Shown: piece after piece, positions 1-8,724 of the stretch | Position numbering within the stretch: the first letter of the stretch is position 1 | How the letters are laid out: each line of letters begins with the position of its first letter | Assembly: GCA_028277795.1 (NCBI GenBank) | Contig: JANQFP010000208.1 | Coordinates: 3,751-67,750, forward strand | Source: Rhodospirillales bacterium | GTDB taxonomy: Bacteria > Pseudomonadota > Alphaproteobacteria > Rhodospirillales > JANQFP01 | DNA: 64,000 nucleotides | Reading direction: 5' to 3' | The notes under the pieces: model-generated | The model's input: only the letters and a program-made list of their open reading frames with translations | What the model was told of the DNA's origin: nothing | The model's database searches: none | Position numbers and translations under genes: made by a program

Positions 1-2
1 CC

Positions 3-515
3 CTGAAGAAGTTCCTGGAGCAGAAGGCGAAGGAGGAGAAAGGGGGCTGCGAGGCCAACAAGTTCACCATCTGCCATTACCAGGAATGGATGGCCTACCT
101 CGACACCCTGCGCGACAAGACGCCGCTGGAGCAGGTCTACGCCGTCAACAAGTACATGAACACACGGCGCTACATCACCGATCCCAAGAACTGGGGCAAG
201 AAGGACTACTGGGCCACGCCGGTCCAGTTTCTGATCCGCTTCGGCGATTGCGAGGACTATTCCATCGCCAAGTTTATGTCATTGAAGATTCTCGGCTTTC
301 CCGAGACGAAGATGCGCGTCGCCGCGGTCAAGGATCTCAATCTGAAGGTCGGCCACGCGGTGCTGGTGGTGTTCCTCGACGGCAAGACCTACCTGCTCGA
401 CAACCAGATCAAGAAGGTGGTCGAGACCAAGACCGTCACCCACTACGAGCCCGTGTTCTCCCTCAACACCGACTACTGGTGGCGCCACCGCAAGCCCAAG
501 AAGCGGAAGAAGTGA
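3..515 (+). CDS. Transglutaminase-like cysteine peptidase (BTLCP / LapG-like), 5' end cut by the window edge
   Basis: The frame is open from nt 3 (LKKFLEQKAKEEKGGCEANKFTICHYQEW precedes the track's Met at 90). Cys-His-Asp triad context is present: GDCEDYSIAKF, GHAVLVV, LLDN. The size and the basic C-terminal tail are typical of the family. Confidence 0.75.
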   Translation: MKKFLEQKAKEEKGGCEANKFTICHYQEWMAYLDTLRDKTPLEQVYAVNKYMNTRRYITDPKNWGKKDYWATPVQFLIRFGDCEDYSIAKFMSLKILGFPETKMRVAAVKDLNLKVGHAVLVVFLDGKTYLLDNQIKKVVETKTVTHYEPVFSLNTDYWWRHRKPKKRKK

Positions 516-534
516 GCCTGCGGGGCGGTCGGCT

Positions 535-1875
535 CTAAGCGCCTTCGACGCCGAGGCGGCGCATCTGCCGCCACAGGGTGGTGCGGTCGATGCCCAGGGC
601 GCGCGCCGCCAGGGACCGGTTGCCCCCGGACCGGCGCAACGCGTCGGCGATCTCGGCGCGGCGTCGGCCGGCATCCTCCGATGGGACCGCGGCCAGGGGA
701 CGGGGGCCGCGCGAGCGGAACTCGCGGATATCCTGGGGCAGACTCTCCGGGACCACGGTGCCGTCGACGGCGCAGATGATGCCGTGCTCCACCGCGTTCT
801 CCAGCTCCCGCACGTTTCCCGGCCAGGGGTAGTCCATCATCATGCGCATGGCGTCCGGGCTGAAGTCGCCGCCCTGCGGATAGCCCCTTTGGCCGAGCTT
901 GGCGCAGAAATGCTCGAGCAGCAGAGGGAGGTCGCCGGGTCGCTGGCGCAAGGGCGGGACGAGCAGCGGGATGACGGCGAGCCGGTAGTAGAGGTCGGCG
1001 CGGAACCGTCCCGCATCCACCATTTCCCGGAGATTGCGGTTGGACGCGGTGATGACGCGGACGTCCACCTGCACGGGGGCGTCCGACCCCACCATCTCGA
1101 ACTGCTGGTCCTGCACCGCCCGCAACAGCGTGGCCTGGAGATGCAAGGGGATCTCGCCGACCTCGTCGAGAAGCAGGGTTCCGCGGTGAGCGGCCTGGAA
1201 GCGGCCCGGACGGTCCTGGGTGGCGCCGGTGAAGGCGCCTTTGACGTGGCCGAACAGCTCGGATTCGATCAGCGATTCGGGGATGGCCGCGCAGTTGACC
1301 TCGACGAAGGGGTAGTTGGCGCGGGTGCTCAGGCGGTGGATCATGCGCGCGATCTCGGTCTTGCCGGTGCCCGATTCCCCCTGCAGCAGGACGGAGGCGC
1401 TGGTGGCGGCGATCTGCTCCACCCGGGCCACGATCTCCAACATGCGGGGGTCGTTGCTGACCATCTCCTGCCGGGCCCGGTTGAACACCGCCTCCAGCCG
1501 GCGCCGGTCGGTGCGGTCGTGGGTGATCACCAAGCGCAGGGGGCGGTCGTGGTCGGGAACCTCGACCAGGCCGCTATGGCATTCCAGGTCGCGCACGGTG
1601 CCGTCGGCGCCGACCCGCTCCTCGAAGCGCACGAAGTTGCCCGGAGGGCGCCGTTCGCCGCCGCAAGCCCGGTCCAACGCCGCTTGCAGGTCGCACGGGC
1701 CGACCGCGTTCAGGGTGCGAATCGGTTCGTTGGGGGGCGCACCGAACATTTCACCCGCCGCCGGATTCTGGTATAGAACCTGTCCCCGCTCGTCGGCGAT
1801 AATGACTCCCTCATCCATGAAGGAAACAATCGCCTCCAAGAGGGGATAAAGGCTCAGCAGATCGAATCGCGGCAT
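535..1875 (-). CDS. Sigma-54-dependent transcriptional activator (PAS - AAA+ - Fis-type HTH)
   Basis: The PAS-like N-terminus reads [27 protein letters not shown]. The AAA+ domain has Walker A GESGTGKT and the GAFTGA sigma-54 contact loop. The C-terminal HTH reads [22 protein letters not shown] prefer the ATG at 1875 (MPRFDLL) over the track start at 1938, which overlaps a palindrome. Confidence 0.9.
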   Translation of the reverse strand: MPRFDLLSLYPLLEAIVSFMDEGVIIADERGQVLYQNPAAGEMFGAPPNEPIRTLNAVGPCDLQAALDRACGGERRPPGNFVRFEERVGADGTVRDLECHSGLVEVPDHDRPLRLVITHDRTDRRRLEAVFNRARQEMVSNDPRMLEIVARVEQIAATSASVLLQGESGTGKTEIARMIHRLSTRANYPFVEVNCAAIPESLIESELFGHVKGAFTGATQDRPGRFQAAHRGTLLLDEVGEIPLHLQATLLRAVQDQQFEMVGSDAPVQVDVRVITASNRNLREMVDAGRFRADLYYRLAVIPLLVPPLRQRPGDLPLLLEHFCAKLGQRGYPQGGDFSPDAMRMMMDYPWPGNVRELENAVEHGIICAVDGTVVPESLPQDIREFRSRGPRPLAAVPSEDAGRRRAEIADALRRSGGNRSLAARALGIDRTTLWRQMRRLGVEGA

Positions 1876-1923
1876 GGGGTTCTTTCCGGCGACGGCTCGC
1901 CACCCCGTTGTTGCACGGAGCGG

Positions 1924-1939
1924 CATGTTGCGCAACATG
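1924..1939. promoter_or_regulatory. Perfect 16-bp palindrome CATGTTGCGCAACATG, candidate enhancer (UAS) for the adjacent sigma-54 activator
   Basis: The palindrome is read directly from the sequence. It lies ~150 bp upstream of the -24/-12 element, and GTTGC(R) half-site-like motifs flank it (1908-1944 and 2016-2030). Confidence 0.45.
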
Positions 1940-2078
1940 TTGCAGTCGGCAAGAGTACGGCGGATTCCTAGCTAAATCAAGGCGTTATGTTTTCTCGATT
2001 GAACCGGGGCGCCATGGGTTGCGTTGCAGCCGTCACGGCGTCAAAGAAAAAATGTTTTTAAAACAAAGGCTTAACATA

Positions 2079-2094
2079 TGGCACAGGATTTGCT
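2079..2094 (+). promoter_or_regulatory. Sigma-54 (-24/-12) promoter TGGCAC-N5-TTGCT
   Basis: The sequence TGGCACaggatTTGCt matches the consensus TGGCAC-N5-TTGCW exactly. It sits 66 nt upstream of the ATG at 2160. An AT-rich tract (2042-2068) lies between it and the palindrome and could be a bending site. Confidence 0.8.
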
Positions 2095-2159
2095 AATATT
2101 AGAGAAAGCTTGATAAAGCGTTTCGATTCAGCCAATCTTCGGGACGAAGGGGAGGAGCG

Positions 2160-2555
2160 ATGGCAGAGCTGTTTTCGCCGGAATGGATGGCGAAATATAT
2201 GGAGGAATGGAACAACGAGCCCGAGCTCGCCGCCGAGCTCGAGAAGATCGGGTTCAACTCCAACATCGCCTACGGGTTCGACAACGAGGACAAGCCGCGG
2301 GGCGTGCTCGTGGTCAAGAACGGCAAGGCCGTCGGTGGAGAGGCCTACGCCGATCAACCGCTCAATTGGGACCTCAGGGCGTCCAAGGGCGCCTGGGAGG
2401 GGTGGCTGACCAAGCCACCCGGGCTCATGGGTCTCGGCATGGCCTATACGTCACGCAAGCTCCGATTCAACGTCGGCGACTATGCCGGCATGATCAAGGA
2501 TCCGCGCATGGCCGGCCCGTTCATCAAGAGCTTCGTCGTTATGGGGCGGGTCTGA
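2160..2555 (+). CDS. SCP2 / sterol-carrier-like small protein
   Basis: The 131-aa sequence has the pattern SPEWMAKYMEEWNNEPELAAELEKIGF ... KLRFNVGDYAGMIKDPRMAGPFIKSF, which resembles SCP2-fold lipid-binding proteins. It is the first gene after the sigma-54 promoter. Confidence 0.55.
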   Translation: MAELFSPEWMAKYMEEWNNEPELAAELEKIGFNSNIAYGFDNEDKPRGVLVVKNGKAVGGEAYADQPLNWDLRASKGAWEGWLTKPPGLMGLGMAYTSRKLRFNVGDYAGMIKDPRMAGPFIKSFVVMGRV

Positions 2556-2558
2556 CCC

Positions 2559-3689
2559 ATGCGGGTGAGAGCATGGCTGGCGGCGGTCTGTCTGACCCTG
2601 GTCCCGGCCGGGGCCCATGCGGCGGACTATCAGACGACCACGGTCATGGTCCAGGAGGTGGGCCAGCAGGCCACGGTCGGCGGGACGGTCATTCCCTACA
2701 AGGAGGTGACCCTGGCCGCCCAGATCCCGGGGCAGGTGATCCACCTGGCGGGCAGCGAGGGTGATCGCTTTCAGCTCGGCGCCGTGCTGGTCGCCATCGA
2801 CGACGACGCCCTCCAGGCCCAGCGCCGTGCCGCCCTCGCCCAGATCTACAACGCCGAAGCGGCGCTCAGGAACGCCCACGTCCAGTACTCCCGGGAGCTG
2901 ATCTCGCCGCGCATGAACAGTCCGACGACCATGCCCGGCATGGGGTCGCCCAATATGTTCGACCAATTCTTCACCCGCGGCTTCAGCGACTGGACGGGAC
3001 GCAGCGACACCCGCTTCGAGCGCCATGCCAACCTCTATGCCCAGGGCAGCGGCGTCAACCAGGCGCAGAGCGCGTTGTTGCAGGCCCGCGCCCAGGTGGA
3101 GACCCTCGACGCCAAGATCCGCGATGCCCGCCTGCTGGCGCCTTTCGACGGCGTCATCGTGCAGAAGATGGTGGAGATCGGCGACACGGTGCAGCCGGGG
3201 CAGCCTTTGCTGCGCTTCGCCCATACGGAGTACCTGCGCATCCAGGCCGAGGTGCCGGTACGCCTGGTATCGGCGCTGCGCAAGGGCATGCTGGTGCCGG
3301 CGCGCCTGGACGTGCGCGGCGCCCTGGTGCAGGCGAGGGTGGCACGCATCTACCCGATGGCCGACGCGTCGCGCCACACGGTGACGGTGAAGTTCGATCT
3401 GCCGAGGGGTGTTCCCGGCGGCCCCGGCATGTACTCCGAGGTGCGCATTCCCGACCACACCATGCGGGCGCGCAGCCTGCCGGTGGTGCCGGAGACGGCG
3501 TTGGTGTGGCGGGGCAGCCTGCCGGGCGTGTTCGTCGTCACCAACGGCCGGCTGTCTTTGCGGCTGCTGCGTCTGGGCGTGCCGACCGGCACCGGCGTGG
3601 TCAGCGTGCTCGCCGGCCTGCGCGGGGGCGAGCAGATCGTGCTCAAACCGCCGCCGGGCCTCGCCTCGGGAGTCAAGAAGGCGAAATAA
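2559..3689 (+). CDS. Efflux RND transporter periplasmic adaptor (HlyD/MFP family)
   Basis: It has a signal peptide (MRVRAWLAAVCLTLVPAGAHA), a coiled-coil hairpin region and beta-barrel motifs (APFDGVIVQKMVEIGDTVQPGQPLL). It lies directly upstream of the RND permease. Confidence 0.85.
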   Translation: MRVRAWLAAVCLTLVPAGAHAADYQTTTVMVQEVGQQATVGGTVIPYKEVTLAAQIPGQVIHLAGSEGDRFQLGAVLVAIDDDALQAQRRAALAQIYNAEAALRNAHVQYSRELISPRMNSPTTMPGMGSPNMFDQFFTRGFSDWTGRSDTRFERHANLYAQGSGVNQAQSALLQARAQVETLDAKIRDARLLAPFDGVIVQKMVEIGDTVQPGQPLLRFAHTEYLRIQAEVPVRLVSALRKGMLVPARLDVRGALVQARVARIYPMADASRHTVTVKFDLPRGVPGGPGMYSEVRIPDHTMRARSLPVVPETALVWRGSLPGVFVVTNGRLSLRLLRLGVPTGTGVVSVLAGLRGGEQIVLKPPPGLASGVKKAK

Positions 3690-3737
3690 TCCCGCGCCGC
3701 CGCTCAAGCGGCGGCACGCGGGGGGAATTCAGCGACG

Positions 3738-6700
3738 ATGGCCGAGACCCAAACGCCGCACCAGCCCCAGGACCCGTCCGCCCACGCGCACGGCCACACC
3801 CTCGGGCTGGCCGGCCGTATGACCCGGGCCTTCATCCATTCGCCGCTGTCGCCTCTGCTGCTGCTGGCCAGCCTGTCGGTGGGCATTCTCGGCCTGCTGT
3901 TCACGCCGCGCCAGGAGGACCCGCAGATCTCGGTGCCGATGATCGACGTGTTCTTCGGCTACCCGGGCGCGTCGGCCGAGCAGGTGGCGAGCCTGGCGGT
4001 CGACCCCCTGGAGCGGATCATGAGCGAGATCCCGGGGGTCAAGCACGTCTACTCCGCCTCCCAGCGGGGCGGCGGCATGGTCACCGTGGAGTTCGACGTG
4101 GGCGAGGAGATGGAGCCTTCGCTGGTCAAGCTCTACGACAAGCTGATGTCCAACATGGACAAGGTGCCGCCCGGGGTCACCGAGCCCCTGGTCAAGCCCA
4201 AGGGGGTGGATGACGTCCCCGTCGTCACCCTGACCCTGTGGTCCCACGACCTGGACGACGCGGCCCTGCGCCTGATCGGCCTCGACGTGCTGCAGCGGCT
4301 CAAGGAGGTGCCCGACACCAGCCAGAGCTTCATCGTCGGCGGCCGGTCCGAGCAGATCCGGGTCGAGGTGTTCCCCGAGCGCTTGGCCGGCTACGGGGTC
4401 AGCGCCGGGCAACTGGCCCACACCATCTCCACCGCCAATGCGGAGCAGGGGGCCGGGTACGCGGAATCGGCGGGCGGCAGCTTCGAGCTCTACTCGGGCG
4501 CCTTCCTGACCCGCGCCGAGGACATCGAGCGCCTGGTGGTCGGCGTCCGCAACGGCGCCCCCATCTACGTGCGCGACGTGGCCCTGGTGCGCGAGGTCGC
4601 CGAGGAGACCCGGGCGCTGGTGCAGTACTACACCGGCAGGGCCTACGGGCAGGACTTCGAGAAGCGGTTCGACGTCAAGCCCCCGATCGAGGCCGGGGAC
4701 GGCACGCCGGCGGTCACCATCGCCGTGGCCAAGAAGCCCGGCACCAACGGCGTCACCGTGGCCGCCGCCATCCTCGAGCAGGTGGAGCAGCTCAAGGGGC
4801 GCATCATCCCTGACAACGTCCAGATCGCCGTCACCCGCAACTATGGCGAGACCGCCAACGACAAGGTCAACGAGCTGATCTTCAAGCTGTTCATCGCCAC
4901 CGGCGCGGTGACCCTGCTGATCTGGTTCTTCCTCGGCTTCCGCGCCGCGGTGGTGGTGCTGATCGTCATCCCGGTGGTCATCCTGGTCACCGTCTTCTCG
5001 GCCTGGCTGCTCGGCTACACCATCGACCGGGTGAGCCTGTTCGCCCTCATCTTCTCCATCGGCATCCTGGTCGACGACGCCATCGTGGTGATCGAGAACA
5101 TCTACCGCCGCTGGCTGATCAAGGGCGAAGTGGACACCGAGACCTCGGTGGACGCCGTCCGCGAGGTGGGCAACCCCACCATCCTGGCCACCTTCACGGT
5201 CATCGCCGCGCTGCTGCCCATGGGCTTCGTCAGCGGCATGATGGGGCCGTACATGGAGCCCATCCCGGTGCTCGGCTCGGTGGCCATGCTGTTCTCGCTG
5301 TTCGCCGCCTTCATCTTCACCCCCTGGCTGGCCATCCGCATCCGTCCCAGCCTGGCCAAGCTCGACAAGGCCCAGGTCAAGGAGCACCGCCAGTCGGAGC
5401 GCCTGGACGGGGTGTTCCGGCGCATGTTGACGCCGCTGATCGATCACCGGGGCCGCCAGGTCATGCTGCGGGTCAGCATCTACGCCGTGTTCGCGCTGCT
5501 GTGCGCCATGTTCTACACCACCCACGTCACGGTGAAGATGCTGCCGTTCGACAACAAGCCCGAGTTCAACGTGGTGGTGAACATGCCCGACGGCACGGCG
5601 CTGCCGGAGACCGCCAACGTCATCCAGCGCCTGAGCGAGGAGGTCCTCGACATCCCGGAGGTGGTCGCCATCCAGACCTACGCCGGCACGGCCTCGCCCT
5701 TCAATTTCAACGGCCTGGTCCGCCACTACTACCTCAGGCAGGACTCCTGGCAAGGCGACATCCAGATCCAGCTCCTGCACAAGAACGACCGCGAGCGGAG
5801 CAGCCATCAGATCGCGTCGGCGGCGCGCGAGGCCCTGACGCCCATTGCCAGCGATCTGGGCGCCAAGATCCAAATCGTCGAGATGCCGCCGGGACCGCCG
5901 GTGCTGCAGACCATCGTGGCCGAGATCTACGGGCCCGACCAGCACACCCGGCGCAAGGTGGCGCGCGACATCACCGGCCTGTTCGAGGAGGCGCCGAGCG
6001 TCGTCGACGTCGACAATTACCTGCAGGACCCCTACGAGATCTGGCGCTTCGTAGTCGACCGCGAGAAGGCGGTCCGGCGCGGCGTGTCGGTGGAGGACGT
6101 CAACACCCAGCTCGGCATGGTCATGGGCGACTTCAAGCTCGGCGACGTCAAGGTCGGACGGGTCCTGGAGCCGCGCTACATCACCCTGCAGGCTCCCATG
6201 GCCCTGCGCAGCCAATTCTCGCGCATGGGCGAGCTGCCGATCCCGTCGTCCCAGGGCAACCTGATCCCGCTGGGCGAGCTCGGCCAGTTCGAGCGCATCA
6301 CCCAGGATCCCATCGTATTCCACAAGGACCTGCGTCCCGTCGAGTACGTGACCGGCGACGTGGCCGGCCGCCTCGGTGCGCCCATCTACGGCATGCTGGA
6401 GGTCGAGGATCTCCTCGCGGATTACGTGGCGCCGGACGGTATCCGCGTGGAGACCGAGTACCTGGGACCGCCCAAGGACAGCTTCGCGTCGGCCTTCGAG
6501 TGGACCGGCGAATGGACGGTCACCTACGAGACCTTCCGCGACATGGGCCTGGCCTTCGCCGCCGCCATGGTCCTGATCTACATGCTGGTGGTGTGGGAGT
6601 TCGGCAACTTCCGGCTGCCGGGGATCATCATGGCGCCGATTCCGCTCACCTTGATCGGCATCATTCCGGGCCACTGGTTGTTCGACGCAGAGTTCACCGC

Positions 6701-7988
6701 AACCTCGATGATCGGGTTCATCGCCCTGGCCGGCATCATCGTGCGCAACTCCATCCTGTTGGTGGATTTCTCCAAGCAGGCGGTGGAGGCGGGCACCGAT
6801 CTCAGGGAGGCGGTCATTCAATCCTGCCGTACCCGGACCCGGCCTATCCTGATCACCGCTTTCGCCCTGGTGCTGGGCTCGAGCGTCATCCTCACCGACC
6901 CCATCTTCGAAGGGATGGCCATCTCGCTGATGTTCGGGGTCATGGTCTCGACCCTGCTCACCCTCGTCATCATCCCGCTGGGCTGCGTCCGGGCCAGGAA
7001 CTCCTTCGCCATTCCGCCTGCCGACCCGGCGGTCGCTGCTGCGGCGCCGGCCCCGGCCATGGCGGCCCCGGCCGCCGCGGGCGCCGCCGCGGCACCGGGC
7101 GCCGCAGCGTCGCCGACCGGTTTCGCCGATGAAGCCGGAAAGCCGGGCCGCCTGGCCAGGATCGGGCGGGCGGTGTTCATGGCGCCGGCCATTCTGCTCA
7201 TGTTCCTGGGTGCCGCCCTGCAGACCATCTTCGGGCGGTTCCAGAAGTTCCCGCCGGTCCGCTGGATCACCATGATCGTCTACGGCCTGCGGGCGCTGCC
7301 GTATTTCGTCATGCTGTTCCTGCGCGAGACCTTCAAGAGCAAGGGCGGCGGAGACCGGGCGCCGCAGCCGGCCGCCGCCGCGCCGGCGCCTTCGGCCCCG
7401 CCAGCCGCCGCGGAGCCCGCGGCGCCGCAGCCACCCGCGCCGGCAGCGCCACCCGAACCGGAGCCGGCCCCGGAGCCGGTCGTGCCGTCGGAGCCCGTTC
7501 CGGAGCCCGCCGAGCTGGCTTCGGAGCCTGCGCCCGAGCCGGCCCCTCCGCCTGCCGCCTCGGAACCGGCGAGCCCGGTCCGGCCGGCCGAGAAGCCTGC
7601 CCGCAAACCGGTCGCCACGGAGCGCCGGACCATCAAGCCGAAACCGCCGGCGCCGCGGCCCGAGGCACCTTCGACGCCCGCCGCCACCGGCGATGCGGCC
7701 GAGGCCGGACGGGAGCGCGAGACCACGGCGGCGCCGGCGCCGGCCCGGCCCGGCAAACGCGCCATCCGGCCGCGCCCCATCGCTCCGAAGAAGGCCGCTG
7801 CGACGGGGCCTGCCGAGGCGGGGAAAGCCGAGCGGCCGGCCGCCAAGACCGCCAAAGCCCCTGGTAAGAAGCCCGCCGCCGACGAGAAACCATCGCCGAC
7901 CGGCCGGCGTCCCGGCGAGCGCCGCGGCATTCGCCTCAGAATCAAGCCCGGCCAGGGAAAGAAGCCGGGACCGGAAGGGAGTCGGTGA
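3738..7988 (+). CDS. RND efflux permease (AcrB/COG0841-like) with an atypical ~330-aa C-terminal extension
   Basis: The 12-TM RND core has typical motifs (FALIFSIGILVDDAIVVIENI, GFIALAGIIVRNSILLVDF) and ends near nt 7000. The frame then stays open for about another 330 codons, encoding two extra hydrophobic helices and a Pro/Ala/Lys-rich tail. Confidence 0.9.
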   Translation: MAETQTPHQPQDPSAHAHGHTLGLAGRMTRAFIHSPLSPLLLLASLSVGILGLLFTPRQEDPQISVPMIDVFFGYPGASAEQVASLAVDPLERIMSEIPGVKHVYSASQRGGGMVTVEFDVGEEMEPSLVKLYDKLMSNMDKVPPGVTEPLVKPKGVDDVPVVTLTLWSHDLDDAALRLIGLDVLQRLKEVPDTSQSFIVGGRSEQIRVEVFPERLAGYGVSAGQLAHTISTANAEQGAGYAESAGGSFELYSGAFLTRAEDIERLVVGVRNGAPIYVRDVALVREVAEETRALVQYYTGRAYGQDFEKRFDVKPPIEAGDGTPAVTIAVAKKPGTNGVTVAAAILEQVEQLKGRIIPDNVQIAVTRNYGETANDKVNELIFKLFIATGAVTLLIWFFLGFRAAVVVLIVIPVVILVTVFSAWLLGYTIDRVSLFALIFSIGILVDDAIVVIENIYRRWLIKGEVDTETSVDAVREVGNPTILATFTVIAALLPMGFVSGMMGPYMEPIPVLGSVAMLFSLFAAFIFTPWLAIRIRPSLAKLDKAQVKEHRQSERLDGVFRRMLTPLIDHRGRQVMLRVSIYAVFALLCAMFYTTHVTVKMLPFDNKPEFNVVVNMPDGTALPETANVIQRLSEEVLDIPEVVAIQTYAGTASPFNFNGLVRHYYLRQDSWQGDIQIQLLHKNDRERSSHQIASAAREALTPIASDLGAKIQIVEMPPGPPVLQTIVAEIYGPDQHTRRKVARDITGLFEEAPSVVDVDNYLQDPYEIWRFVVDREKAVRRGVSVEDVNTQLGMVMGDFKLGDVKVGRVLEPRYITLQAPMALRSQFSRMGELPIPSSQGNLIPLGELGQFERITQDPIVFHKDLRPVEYVTGDVAGRLGAPIYGMLEVEDLLADYVAPDGIRVETEYLGPPKDSFASAFEWTGEWTVTYETFRDMGLAFAAAMVLIYMLVVWEFGNFRLPGIIMAPIPLTLIGIIPGHWLFDAEFTATSMIGFIALAGIIVRNSILLVDFSKQAVEAGTDLREAVIQSCRTRTRPILITAFALVLGSSVILTDPIFEGMAISLMFGVMVSTLLTLVIIPLGCVRARNSFAIPPADPAVAAAAPAPAMAAPAAAGAAAAPGAAASPTGFADEAGKPGRLARIGRAVFMAPAILLMFLGAALQTIFGRFQKFPPVRWITMIVYGLRALPYFVMLFLRETFKSKGGGDRAPQPAAAAPAPSAPPAAAEPAAPQPPAPAAPPEPEPAPEPVVPSEPVPEPAELASEPAPEPAPPPAASEPASPVRPAEKPARKPVATERRTIKPKPPAPRPEAPSTPAATGDAAEAGRERETTAAPAPARPGKRAIRPRPIAPKKAAATGPAEAGKAERPAAKTAKAPGKKPAADEKPSPTGRRPGERRGIRLRIKPGQGKKPGPEGSR

Positions 7989-8704
7989 TGGAATTCAGAT
8001 CGCTCACCTGTGCCGTGGCGTTCGTCGGCCTCGCCGGGCTGACCTGGGCCGGGACGGCGCTGGCGCAGGGCGCCGCGGTGCCGGCGCCGCCGGAAGGGCC
8101 GTACGCCTCGGGCGAATTGCCGCCCGTGCATACGACCGAGCCCGGCGGGGGCTTCCCGCCCCTCGACTACGATCCCAGGCGCGCCTCGGTGCCGCGACCG
8201 GCGTGGACCAAGCCCCGCGCTCCTTCGATGCAGCGGGTGATCCCGGCGTGGCGCCCGGTCGTGCCCCAGCCGCGGACGAGCCGGGAGCCGACCCCGCAGC
8301 GGGGAGAGCAGGCGCGGACGGCGACTCCGGCCGCACGGCCGTGGCCGGGACTGGTCCCCTACCGGATGCCGTCCGGGACCTTGCCTGCGACGCGTCCCTC
8401 CGCGTGGCCGGTGCCGCGGCCGGTAACGCCGCCGGCTCCGGCCGTGACGCGGCCGCAAGCGACCGCGCCCGCGCAGATCCCGAGTCCGGCGGCACCGGCA
8501 GGCGGGGCCATCAAGCCGGCCCGCCCGCCGGAATCGGCGCCCAAGGAGGCGCCGACGTACGCGCCCTTGCCGGAAGGCGAGGGCTCGGTGTGGCGTCCCC
8601 GCGGCGAGGACCGTGAGAGGGCGCCCTACCGTCCGTTCCGGCATGGAGCGTCGTCCTGGGGCGGCGCCGAATATGGCGCGTCGTCCGCCACGGACTCGCG
8701 TTGA
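7985..8704 (+). CDS. Exported proline-rich protein (hypothetical)
   Basis: A signal peptide is present (MMEFRSLTCAVAFVGLAGLTWAGTALAQG) and the rest is ~25% Pro. The start overlaps the RND stop (GTGATG). There is no recognisable domain. Confidence 0.5.
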   Translation: MMEFRSLTCAVAFVGLAGLTWAGTALAQGAAVPAPPEGPYASGELPPVHTTEPGGGFPPLDYDPRRASVPRPAWTKPRAPSMQRVIPAWRPVVPQPRTSREPTPQRGEQARTATPAARPWPGLVPYRMPSGTLPATRPSAWPVPRPVTPPAPAVTRPQATAPAQIPSPAAPAGGAIKPARPPESAPKEAPTYAPLPEGEGSVWRPRGEDRERAPYRPFRHGASSWGGAEYGASSATDSR

Positions 8705-8724
8705 ACCAGGTGATCGGAAGTCCC

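Noticed and set aside
3729-6821. A 1030-aa minus-strand ORF antisense to the RND permease. Similar very long antisense or off-frame ORFs occur at 7280-9376 (-), 8626-10254 (-), 10161-11750 (-), 11578-13110 (-), 24557-26530 (-), 39937-41634 (-), 44901-48542 (+), 44962-47151 (-), 56824-58584 (-) and 59528-61360 (-).
   Set aside because: Their products are Arg/Gly/Pro/His-rich low-complexity translations with no motifs. Each lies opposite to, or out of frame with, a gene that has strong family signatures. Stop-codon depletion in ~70% GC DNA produces such shadow ORFs.
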